Shown: piece after piece, positions 1 through 11,293 of the stretch
Layout: each line of letters starts with the position of its first letter
How positions within the stretch are numbered: the first letter of the stretch is position 1
NCBI RefSeq assembly: GCF_902713615.1
Contig: NC_052163.1
Coordinates: 124,533,144-124,597,143 of the forward strand
Source of the DNA: Scyliorhinus canicula
Taxonomy: Eukaryota
DNA: 64,000 bases
Direction of reading: 5' to 3'
The notes under the pieces: generated by a model
Seen by the model: only the letters and a program-made list of their open reading frames with translations
The model's database searches: none
Told to the model about the DNA's origin: nothing
Translations under genes and position numbers: made by a program

Positions 1-432
1 GTTCTTGCATCTGGAGCCTGACTATGATTAATGTTTCCAAGCTGCAGCATTGCTAGCCAAGCAAGTTGAGCCCTGATTAACTCTGTTCCCTTTGCAAAGA
101 CCGAACTTGGTGAAACTACAAGGACACCACTTCACCGTGGCAGCGGGTGACGATGTGAATTGCATGGTGGAACACGCCTACTCTTGTAAAATAACATGTA
201 ACTTACTGTGTGGGCAATGCAATGAGAAATTGGCTGGTTTAAAAATTAAACTTCCAATCATTGATGACTAATTAATTAATTAATTAACCCGAACCCTCCA
301 ACAATCTAGGCCACTGAGTGAGTTTTATAGTCATTTTGAATGGATATGTAAATATAGGCAATGCATCCCAGGAAACTTCAATTCATGATCACCTATTGGA
401 GCGTGGAGACTTGGTTAATATTGTCACTGTTC

Positions 433-660
433 GGGGCAGCACGGTGGCACAGTGTGTTGCACTGCTGCCTCACTGCACCTAGGTCCTGGGTTCGAACCCG
501 GCTCTGGGTCACTGTCTGTGTGGAGTTTGCACATTCTCCCCGTGTTTGCGTGGGTTTCGCCCCCACAACCCAATGATGTGCAGGCTAGGTGGATTGGCCA
601 CGCTAAATTGCCCCTTAATTGGAAAAAATGAATTGGGTACTCTAAATTTATTTAAAAAGA
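433..660 (+). mobile_element. V-SINE family B (tRNA head, shortened V core, A-rich tail)
   Basis: Box A/B-like head GGGGCAGCACGGTGGC...GGTTCGAACCC; TSD aatattgtcac(t/a)gttc at 417-432 and 661-676. Confidence 0.9.
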
Positions 661-1356
661 AATATTGTCACAGTTCAGAAAGTATGAAGCCCTGGAGCTT
701 TGATGGAGAACTCTGGCCCACTTATCATAAATGTTTATTGTCAAACGAATGCCGTCTTATTTGATTATTATACACCAATCTATTCTCAGCATCAGTGTCT
801 GACTATTCAATTAATTCAAAATAATTTGATTAGTGTCTGCTTCAGATATCACCATTAATTGATTTATTTTGCATTATTGGCTTGTGAATTGTGGAGAAAA
901 ACAAATGACCTTAGGATGGTGGGCTCTAGATGTTATACTGGTCCTGGAAGCGGGGAAGCCCTATCGGTGAGCTCTAGCCCGAGCTGCTTTCTGCTCGGGA
1001 GACGCGAGTGTGTTGGTTAGTCCCAACATGAGGATGGCCTTGCGTGCTCTCCAGTGCCCTTCCAAACCCCTTGTCTGCTCTGTCAAAGTGTGGAGTTATG
1101 GCGAAGGTGACCATGGAGCTGCAGTTTCTTCTTGCTCGTGCTTTAACACTTGCTTTGTCATTGAGGAAAGGTTGCATGATTGACGTTATCGGAGTACCGT
1201 TGGAGCCCACTGATGACCCTACAGCTGGAGTCACCATCTTCGGGGAAGAAAAGATGATTATGTTTGGGTTGGGACAAGGATGGAAATGAGATTTCCACCC
1301 CAGCAGCCTCTTGATGTTACAGATGTCGAGCCGACTGCATTGGACGTGTGTGTGTG

Positions 1357-1641
1357 TTTTTCTTCTATAAATTCAGAGCACCCAATTCATCGTTTCCAAT
1401 TAAGGGGCAATTTAACATGCCAATCCACCTACCCTGAACATCTTTGGGTTGTGGGGGCGAAACCCACGCAAACACGGGGAGAATGTGCAAACGTCGCACG
1501 GACAGTGAGCCAGAGCTGGGATCGAACCTGGAACCTCGGCGCCGTGAAGCAGCAATCAACAATGCTAACCAATGTGCTGCTGTGTAGCCATTGTTAACCA
1601 AATCTACACACCGTGAGGCAGCAATGCTAACCACTGTGCTG
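1357..1641 (-). mobile_element. V-SINE family B with tandemly duplicated 5' end
   Basis: Reverse complement of the family B sequence. Confidence 0.85.
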
Positions 1642-2229
1642 CCGTGTAGCCATTGTTAACCAAATCTACGCATTAAATGTTACTTTCCAAGGTGCCTTTT
1701 GTCTAAATCACTAGACCAAATACGAGAGCCAGCACAAAATGCCTCTAATTTTCTAAAGAGTTGGATGAAGCACATTGTGACATGAGAACAATAACAATAG
1801 GGAAGCTGTTGTGCTTTTAGTAGATCTCTGGACAATTGAAACGTATATTGTCACTCCAGGGAGTCTGGGCCTTGTTTATTTCTGTTAGCTGCTAATTCAA
1901 AACCCAGTTGAATTGAAGGGTTGCATTGTGGGGTTGTTTGTATTATTCTTTGCCCATTCAATTAAGAAACAAATGCAATACAACTGTTGAGAGGTCCCTT
2001 ACCAGTGGTGCAATGGGTTAGCACCTGATCTGTCTCTGGGTGCCTAGGTTGAACGAGCACTAATGAGATGAATGCCTCCTGTTTGAATGGAGTCTGGGGT
2101 GATCTGAAATCTAATTTCTTGTGGCCATGAATCTGCATCCTAACCGAACCTACTGTGCAAGCTGGCTTGGAGACAGGAAGACTTGTGTTTGTCGAATGCC
2201 TTATTGTGTCTTCATGAATCTTTTTGGTA

Positions 2230-3507
2230 GCATGATTGCAGCACGTTAAACGGTGAATGGCTTTCGAAAAGGCAAAGCCTATTTTAAACCGATTTAAACG
2301 AAGGACTGGCCAACCCTGAATTTCATGCAAAGGGTCACCTAGTAGTGAAATGTAGAGGGGAGAGCAGGGAAGGTTCAACGTGTTTGTACAAATATGTGCC
2401 CCTAATTTGCATTGACGCAAGTGTTGTATGTTTAATTCTTTCAAGGGGCGGCACGTGGCGCAGTGGTTAGCACTGGGACTACAGCGCTGAGGACCCAGGT
2501 TCGAATCCCGGCCCTGGGTCACTGTCCGTGTGGAGTTTGCACATTCTCCCCGAGTCTGCCTGGGTTTCACCCCCACAACCCAAAGATGTGCAGGTTAGGT
2601 GGATTGGCCACGTTAACTGCCCCTTAATTGAAAAAAGAATAATTGGGTACTAAAAAAAAAAAAAAAAAATTCTTTCAAGGGATGAAGTAGGCAGCGAATA
2701 ATACCGGGTGGGGGAGGGGAGACGTGAAAATCCTAAATGTGGTGCAGTGTTTCTTCTCCGTTTGAGGTCATGTCCTTTTGTACAGAAGGTGAGGCCCGTG
2801 TCCTTCTGTAAAGAGGGTGCTCCTGTGGCAAATTCACTGATTCATTCTTTCCTCTTGTTATTTTGGAAAATAGCCTCTGGTAAGAACACTGTGTTGGTGG
2901 CGTTGCTCATTAGAAAGAATCACTCAGTCACAAAATCTTTATGGGCCAAAGAGTACATGATGTACTGTTGATGTTGAATCTGATGTCTAATCTATAGTGT
3001 ACATGTTGTTTTCCATTACTCTGCTGGCAAGTACAGTGCTGTACCACTGTGCCTGCATATGGTGCAGTTAGTCTCCAGGTCTAGTGTCAGCACCTGGTGT
3101 TCTATCTGTGTTCTATCCAGATAGTGCTCATCTCTCAAGGCTCATCTCTCAAGGCAGTCAAGGAAGGTATTGCTTCAAAATAAACACTTTCAAGTGGGCG
3201 GCATTCAAGAATCATGAGACTGGCTCGTGGCATGCAACGCAAAGAGCCAGAGCTTTTTAAGATTTGAATGGAGGCAGCTGATTGGCATGATTACAGCAAG
3301 CTAAACGGTGAATGGCTTCGAAAAGACGAAAGCTTATTTTAAACAGATTTAAACGAACGACAGGCCAACTCCTGAACTTCAGGCAAAGGGTCATCTAGTG
3401 GTGAAAGATGGGGGTTAGAGCAGTGAATGTTCAATGTGTTTGTACACAAATGTGCCACTAAATTGCATTGACATAAGTGTTGTGCATTTAATTCCTTTAG
3501 TGGGATG
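2230..3507. repeat. Diverged direct repeat pair, about 220 bp each (2230-2447 and 3285-3507)
   Basis: Colinear similarity, e.g. TAAACGGTGAATGGCTT, TATTTTAAAC.GATTTAAACGAA, GCAAAGGGTCA.CTAGT, TTGCATTGAC. Confidence 0.85.
2445..2669 (+). mobile_element. V-SINE family B with poly(A) tail
   Basis: Ends in an A-run of about 18 nt; TSD aattctttcaaggg at 2434-2447 and 2668-2681. Confidence 0.9.
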
Positions 3508-4388
3508 TGGGCATTATTGGCAAGGTCAGCATTTGTTGGCCATCCCTAATTGCCCTGGAACTGAGTGGCGGTTAAAAGTCAGGCACATTGCTGTGGGATT
3601 GCAGTTAAATCAATGTGCATGACCAGTGCTGTCTCTGTTACTGGATGTTTGAGACATTGTCGGGAGAGGTGTTTTACTCTGTGTACTCCTTGCTGTGACC
3701 TGTTGAACGGTGGGCCTGCCTACTGACCCAGCTCTCACCCAAGTTATAGATTTGTGTTATCACGGCAGGGGGAATTCAACCCTTGAATGTCTCACCCCAA
3801 GGTTTGCTTGAGGAATTTTTTTTTTAAAAAGCAGATGGGAACTATGGAGGCTAGTTAAGATGTCAAGGAATAGTCTAAAGGGAGAAAGCTGAGCATTTGA
3901 AAATTGTGCTTTTAACAGCTGCAGAGTGACCTTGTTAGTCAGCTGCTGAACCACCATTTTGATTGCAGTTTCCCCCCCGTTGCTGAAGCAATTCTTCTAA
4001 TTGGAGCTGGCTACAATGATTGTTTCACAATAGTGTAAAAAAAAGGACGGATGCAAGCTATTCGTATGCTATTAATCAAATTTAGAACTTTGAGCACCAA
4101 GATAATCCCTTTTCATCACTGCAGCACAAGATAAATCATGGGATTATGATTGTGGCAATTTTAATCCTTTTCGAAAGGTATTGGAGCACCTTACTGAATC
4201 TCGGTGCTTTGTCACCACCACCACTACCCATTCCTGATTCCCTTCGTGGGAGGTGGGTGGGGGGGGGGGGGGGGGTGCAGGTGCGTCATTGTGTGAAGAG
4301 GTCAGTTAAGGTGAGTGGTGCATGTATCAAAATTTTAGTAGAGATTGGGAGAAGTGTAGTCAGGACGATTTTCTTGAATTGAGTATTC

Positions 4389-4604
4389 TTTTTTAAATAT
4401 AAATTTAGAGTACCCAATACATTTTTTTCCTCCCAACTAAGGGGCCATTTAGTGTGGCAAATCCACCTTCCCTGCACATGTTGGGATGAGACCCACGCAG
4501 ACACTGGGAGAGTGCAAAACTCGACAGGGGACAGTCCCGGCGCAGGGATGGAACCAGGGTCCTCGGTGCCGTGAGGCAGCAGTGCTAGCCACTGCGCCAC
4601 ACCT
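4389..4604 (-). mobile_element. V-SINE family B
   Basis: TSD ttgaatt(g/c)agtattc at 4374-4388 and 4605-4619. Confidence 0.88.
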
Positions 4605-5598
4605 TTGAATTCAGTATTCAGTGTGATGCTAAAGCTTTGCATGCAGCACTAAATGCTGCTCTATGATTTGCCCAGTTTGGAATTCAGAAAATTTGTCAGA
4701 AATCTCTGGTGGGGTGTGGGTTGGGGGTGGGGGGGGGAGCAGATTAGGGGTTTGGTGGGCTGGTGGAGAATTTTGATGTTGAGCAATGAAGGGACTGGAT
4801 AAAAGTGGAAGCAGGAAATGGTTTGAGCTGATGCACATGTGAACACGCGGCATGGTTTTTAAGATCGGTAATTGAAAATTAAAGTGGACTGCAGACAGCC
4901 AGGAGGAGTGAATTTCTGGGCTAAATTGACCCTGTGCATTAAATGGAATCATGACTAATTGTTGCTATTCCCTCCGGAATAAGGCGTTCAAGTTTAGATC
5001 TAGGACATGATTACAGTTGGAAATGTTTGGAATACCAATTCAAAGGAAAGGCTTAATGTGGATTGAATTGGATACATCCTCGTGTTCAAATGTGCAGACT
5101 TGGCTGTACTGTCAGTGGGATTTCGGTGAAGCACAGTGCCAGAATTCCGAAGTACTTTTATATTCTGTCCACTTGACCTGGAAACCCAAAAGCAGTACAA
5201 TTACATGTTTGCCTCTTGGAAATACGTGCAGTGTTCGGAGAGGTTTCGTGCTAATATTGGTGGCTGCAGGTCTGTCACTGATTAGTGGGGTTAACCTGGG
5301 GCCTTGAATGAAAATCACACATGAAGCGTATTGGGTTTAAGTGTGAGGCTTTTTCTCTCCCCACTCAGCGTATTGGCAGCCATTTGCTAAATAAACCGGA
5401 TGGCCCTTTGCAGTGGGCCAGACACGAGTATTGTGTTACTGATTTAAATGGAGATTTAAAAGTTTATCTTTTTCTCCCTTCCATCCAAAGTTTTAAAAAA
5501 AATGTCCATTGCAGTATCTGACGTGCTGCCCATACATTATTGAATACCTTCTGTTTGTGCACGCTGCCAGTTGTCCGTTTTTCCTCTGCTACCATTTC

Positions 5599-8177
5599 TT
5601 TTTTAAAAATAATTTTTATTCAAATTTTAACCAACAACACGGGGGGGGGGGGGGGGGGGGGAGGAAAGAGAAAAAACAGTAACCCCCCACCAAATACAGA
5701 AGAAATAAATTAACAAAAATAATAATTAAATAACATGGAACAAATGCACATACCCAGTAAAGAACCCCCCCCCCCCAAGTTGGTGCCGAAATTGACCACC
5801 CCTAATGCTCCGCCAAGAAGTCTAGAAATGGTTGCCACCGCCGGAAGAACCCCTTAGGACAAACTTGACCCTCTCCAGTTTGATAAACCCAGCCATATCG
5901 TTGATCCAGGATTCCGCGCTCAGGGGCCTCGCATCCTTCCACTGCAAAAGAATCCTGCGCCGGGCTACCAGGGACGCAAAGGCCAGAATACCGGCCTCTT
6001 TCGCCTCCTGCACTCCCGGCTCCGCTGCCACCCCAAAAATTGCGAGTCCTCAGCCCGGCTCCACCCTGGAGCCAACCACCCTTGACAACGTCTCCGCTAC
6101 GCCCCTCCAAAAGCCCTCCAGCGCAGGGCACACCCAAAACATGTGGGTGTGGTCTGCCGGGCTCCCCGAACACCTGACACACCTGTCATCTTCCCCCAGA
6201 GAACCGGCTCAGCCTTGTCCCAGTCATGTGCGCCCCATGCAGCACCTTTAGTTGGATTAGACTAAGCCTCTCGCAGGAGGAGGAGGAATTCACCCTCTCC
6301 AGGGCATCCGCCCACGTTCCCTCGTCAATCTCCTCTCCCAGCTTCTCCTCCCACTTATCCTTCAGCTCCTCTACCGAGGCCTCCTCCGCCTCCTGCATCA
6401 CTTGGTAGATTGCCGAAATCCTCCCCTCACCGACCCACGTCCCAGAGAGCAGCCTGTCCTGAACCCCCCTTGGCGGCAACAGTGAAAACTCCGCCACCTG
6501 CCGCCTAACAAACGCCCTAATCTGCATATACCTGAAGGTATTCCCTGGGGGGAGGCCCAACCTTCCCTCCAACTCCTCTAAGGTCGCAAACTCTCTATCG
6601 AGAAAGAGGTCCCCCATCCGCCTGATACCTGCCCTGTGCCAGCTTAAAACCCTCCGTCCATCCTCCCTGGTATAACCCGGTGGTTCCCCCGTATCGGGGA
6701 CCAGACTGAAGCCCTCACCTCCCCCCTATGCCGCTTCCACTGCCCCCAAATCTTGAGGGTAGCTGCCACCACCGGACCCGTAGTACATCTTGTTGGGGGG
6801 AGCAGCAATAGCGCCGTCACCAGCGCCTCCAGGCTCGTGCCCACACAGGACGCCATCTCCATCCTTTTCCAAGCCGCCCCCTCCCCCTCCATCACTCACC
6901 TACATATCATTGCCACGTTCGCGGCCCAGTAGTACCCACATAGGTTGGGCAACGCCAACCTCCCCACATCCCTACTCCGCTCCAGGAACACCCTCCTCAC
7001 CCTCTGGGTCTTCTGCGCCCACACAAACCCCGTAATGCTCCTATTGACCCTCCTGAAAAAAAGCCTTCGGAATCATGATAGGGAGGCACTGGAAGAGGAA
7101 CAAGAACCTCGGGAGCACCGTCATTTTGACAGACTGGACCCTGCCCGCTAGGGAGAGTGGCAACACATCCCACCTCCTAAACTCCTCCTCGATCTGCTCC
7201 ACCAGCTTCGTAAAGTTAAGCCTGTGAAGGGCCCCCCCAGCTCCTGGCTATCTGGACCCCCAGGTACCTGAAACTCCTCTCCACCTTTTTCAGCGGTGCT
7301 TCCCAATCCCTCTCTCCTGGTGTCCCCCCCCCAGATGCACCATGAACAGCTCACTCTTCCCCACGTTGAGCTTATACCCGGAGAAGCTGGCGATCGAGCC
7401 CCTGGCCATGGCACTGAGGGAGTCGAGGAACTGGAGGGGGATAGTGTGGGGTGGGGGGAAGGAGCATCGGCTGTGGGGGGGGTTGGCGTTGCCCAACGAC
7501 AGCCGATACCTTCCCTGACTGCATGCTCCCCATCGTGTTAACCAGCTCCTCCAGCCCAACTGGTGTCCCCCACCACCTGCTCCTCCCCCACTCTCGGAAA
7601 CCCTAGCTTGCCCAGAAAGCGGTCCATTCCTCCCTCCTCCACTGGGGGCACTGACCGGTATAGCTCCTCCTAGAAGGTCCTGAACACTCTGTTAATGCCC
7701 CTCGCTCTCCGCACCAGACTTCCTCCTCCATCCCTAACTCTCCCTATCTTCCTAGCCGCCTCCCGCTTCCGGAGCTGGTGCACCAGCATCCGACTCGCCT
7801 TTTCCCCGTATTTGTATACCGTCCCCTGCGGCCTCCTCCACTGCGCCTCTGCCTTCTTGGTGGTCAATATATCAAACTCCGCTTGGAGACTACGACGCTT
7901 CCTCAACAACCCCTCTTCCGCGTACCTCACCATTTCTTCCACCAGCCTCTCCCTCTCCCTTTTCTCCCCCTCTCTCTATGCGCCCTGATGGAAATCAGAC
8001 CCCCAACCACCACCTTCAGCGCTTCCCAGACCACCTGCACCTCCCCTTTATCATTAATTTCTAGGTACCCTTCTATACACCTCCGGACCCGCCCGCACAC
8101 CTACTCGTCTGACAGCAGCCCCACCTCCAACCTCCACATCGGGCGTTGGTCCCTCCCCTCCCCCAGCTCTAGATCCA
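5599..8177 (-). mobile_element. 5'-truncated, internally deleted L1-clade LINE (ORF2 3' part and 3' UTR)
   Basis: ORF2-like peptides (FSGYKLNVGKSE, LSLIQLKVLH, WINDMAGFIKLE); A-rich tail; perfect 15-bp TSD ctctgctaccatttc at 5584-5598 and 8178-8192. Confidence 0.92.
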
Positions 8178-10245
8178 CTCTGCTACCATTTCAACGTCAA
8201 ACCAGCCTCAGTGAACATTTAAAATGCAAATTCTGTATGTAAATAGTTGCCTGGAACAATGCCATTGCGGTTGAGGCCAGCAAAAAAGGTGCTTTCGGGT
8301 GAGTTTCTAAAGTCTCTTGTACATTAATCAACATGGTGTGTTTTTAAAAAAAAAATTCTATTCATCAGGTAACTCTGGCCAATGCCTTGAAACAATTTAG
8401 TAGTTTGCATCGAGGAAACGGAACGGTGCCTGATGGCACATTGGAACAGCCTAGCATAGGGCAGCAGTGCAAAGTGATGATTCCATTTGTCTACCTAATG
8501 TGAATCCAGATACTAAGATTCTCTAACCACAGCAGCCCTGGAGTTAAATCAATATATTATTTACACTGCAGTGAAGCAATGTAAATGTAACCTATTGAAG
8601 TTCCCATTGCAAATCCATCTGCAAATCGATGACTGCAATCGATGCTTTCTGTCCTTTGAAAACAGAAATGATAGGAATAAAATTACCGGAAAAATTAAAA
8701 CGGAGATCAATATAAAGCTTTAACAAGTGGCACTTTGGATTCTATCTGAGCCACGCCCCCAGACCTGAGACTTGACTGACCTTTCGAATTTGCTGATCTT
8801 CGTCACCTGATTGTCACCAGTTGCAGTCACTTGCTATTCTACTCTGGGAGGTGGCGGACAAAGATTTGAAGCTTTAGTTGAGGGGGGGGTCATGACATGA
8901 GAATCGGCTGCACCCAGCAGGAAATCATCGAGTGCAACATTGGCTGTGAGCACTGGGGCTGAGGTAACCCCAGGAACCTCTTACCCCCCCCCCCCCCCCC
9001 CCCCCCGTCTTGCTGACTGAAAAAACATGAAGGTTGCAAACAGCCTTGGGCAGATAGAGTGAACGGGGAATCATAAAAACTTTGAGAAGGGAAGCTGATC
9101 GAATAACTCAAGTGATGGGATTCACATCTGAAATACAAGGTCACGGAATGTGAATCTGAATGTTAGTTGCTTGAAGTGCTTCTTAAGGATTCTCATTCAA
9201 ATTCTGTTTAATGGAATGACAAAGAAACGGTCTATTTAATTCAAATAATTCAATCAACTATGCTAGCTTTGTGCTTGGTAAATAATTTTTCTTAATTGAA
9301 AACCGAACCATTTTTCTTAAAAACCTTGTCAAGCTAATGAATACAAGAGAGGGAGTTTTCACTTTTCTGTAAACCAACCTGTTATTTTTGTTTGACGCAA
9401 AGAGAAAAGGTATGGAAGTGCCCACACTCTGGATTCTTGTAAAACACGGTGAGAGGTTTATTAAGGGTGTTGCTCAACGCAATCAAGATGTTAATCTGCC
9501 CAAAACCCACGCAAACACTGCTGACGTCACTACACATCACGTGACTCAGAACCAGCAAGAACGTATTCCCAGATACATAACTCCCCTCCCTCTACTTCAT
9601 TACAACAATGACAACAATTCATATTTGTACAAGATCTCCTGATACGTTATTTCTATACGTATATACAATTCAATAAGATGATCTGTGTGGTGGGCATCGA
9701 TTCCTTTTTGGTAGAATCTGGTGTTCTTGAACTCCGCTATTTGCGACCTCGAGTGTCCTCGTTCCTTTCTGTAGACGCCACTTCTTTTGAGTTTATTTCT
9801 GTATCTGTCACTGCAGCCAATGAAAAGTCCTCAGAAACAGCATCTGAACTCATCACTGTTTCTGGTCTCTGATCCAAAGTATAGTTCTCCAGATTTTTGA
9901 ACTCTTCAGAAGTTTCAGCAATTTTGCGTTGTGCAGCAAGTAACTGATCAGCATGGCGTCGCCAAACTCTTTCATCTTCTGTCTGTACGGTGTACGATGT
10001 TAAACCCTGTCTTTGCTAGCATCGTGGCTGGTACCTGTTTCTTGGTGGTGTAGCTTCCAACTAGAACTCCCTCTCCCGGCTTAAATACTCATCTTTTAGT
10101 GATTTTCTCCCTCATGACAATTTGAAAACCTCCTGAAGTATCGGGTGGCGTTAACAAATCAAACTGCGTTTGTTGCGTCTGCACGGACAGCAGCATTGCC
10201 AGTGAACTGTGCATGTTAGCATGTCCAAGGTCTTCTTATAATATC

Positions 10246-10438
10246 TCATGTGGAGATGCCGGTGTTGGACTGGGGTGAGCACAGTAAGAAGTCTTACAAC
10301 ACCAGGTTAAAGTCCAACAGGTTTGTTTCAAACACGAGCTTTCGGAGCGCAGCTTCTTCATTCACCTGAGGAAGGAGCAGTGCTCCGAAAGCTCCTGTTT
10401 GAAACAAACCTGTTGGACTTTAACCTGGTGTGATAAGA
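10246..10438. mobile_element. Penelope-type fold-back mini-element with hammerhead motif
   Basis: Inverted arms over 10299-10431; CTGAGGA-A-GGAGC-agt-GCTCC-GAAA-GCTC at 10366-10394. Confidence 0.75.
10362..10398 (+). ncRNA. Minimal type I hammerhead ribozyme motif (stem I weakened)
   Basis: Core CUGAGGA, 5-bp stem II, GAAA, palindromic AGCU stem III region. Stem I TCAC pairs poorly with CTGT; the mirror arm reads GTGT. Confidence 0.6.
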
Positions 10439-10928
10439 TATTCGAAAGTTGTTTACTCTTGATTATGCACCCTAGTCTTTCAATGCTTTGATGATTGCAC
10501 AAAATGTTTGGCCAATCCATTCATTGCCGAATGATATGAAGCTGGATTGATGTGGTGTATACCGTTACCCTTCAAGTAGTCCAAAATGATGCCCATAAAG
10601 GCGATGGTGGAATCTTCCTGCACCAAAAATGATGCTCAAAGTTGCTTTTTCTTTATTGTATTCATTTTCACATTCTTCTGGCCCACTGCCACGTCTGTTC
10701 GACCTGTGTGAAAGCATTAATCATGTTGCTAAATTTGGTATGAATTTACCATAATAATTGATCAGTCCTAAATATGACCATAACTGTGTCACATTTTGAG
10801 GACGTGGTGCTTCTGATTGCTGACATTTGTGTAAACCGTCTTTGTCGATGATATGGCCAAGGTAATTTACGGAAGACTTGGAAAAATTCACAATTTTCCT
10901 TTTTAACTCTCAGGTTGTGGCTCTAACC

Positions 10929-11293
10929 CAGGGGTGGGCAAACTTTTCCATGCAAGGGCCACATTCAGAAATTCACAATTTTAAAGGGCCGCATAGTATA
11001 TTAAGTAAAATAATTACTTCACCCGGTTAGGATTCTGGGCGCCTCATATAGAATATAGAACATAGAACAGTACAGCACAGAACAGACCCTTCGGCCCTCG
11101 ATGTTGTGCCGAGCAATGATCACCCTACTCAAGTCAACGTATCCACCCTATACCAGTAAGTAACCCAACAGCCCCCCCCCCCCCATTAACCTTAAAAAAA
11201 AAATTAGAAAACAAATTTTTTAATTTTTTTTTAATGACTTGGTGGGCCGCATAAAGACCTTACGGCCCGCGGGCCATAGTTTGCCCACCCCTG
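10929..11293. mobile_element. hAT (Charlie-like) MITE containing a CR1/SINE tail fragment
   Basis: Perfect 16-bp TIRs CAGGGGTGGGCAAACT / AGTTTGCCCACCCCTG; 8-bp TSD ctctaacc at 10921-10928 and 11294-11301. Confidence 0.93.

Noticed and set aside
24-60. ATG...ATGTTTCCA resembling TLE5 exon 1 (MMFPQ)
   Set aside because: Continues MFPSCS, not MFPQSRH, and has no donor at the expected position.
974-1289. Overlapping ORFs in moderately GC-rich sequence
   Set aside because: No recognisable domain or splice context; probably an old repeat I cannot classify.
1962-2576. 204-aa minus-strand ORF and the many ORFs with GRMCKLHTDSDPEPGSNLGP-type peptides
   Set aside because: Read-through of V-SINE copies; the same peptide recurs at each SINE.
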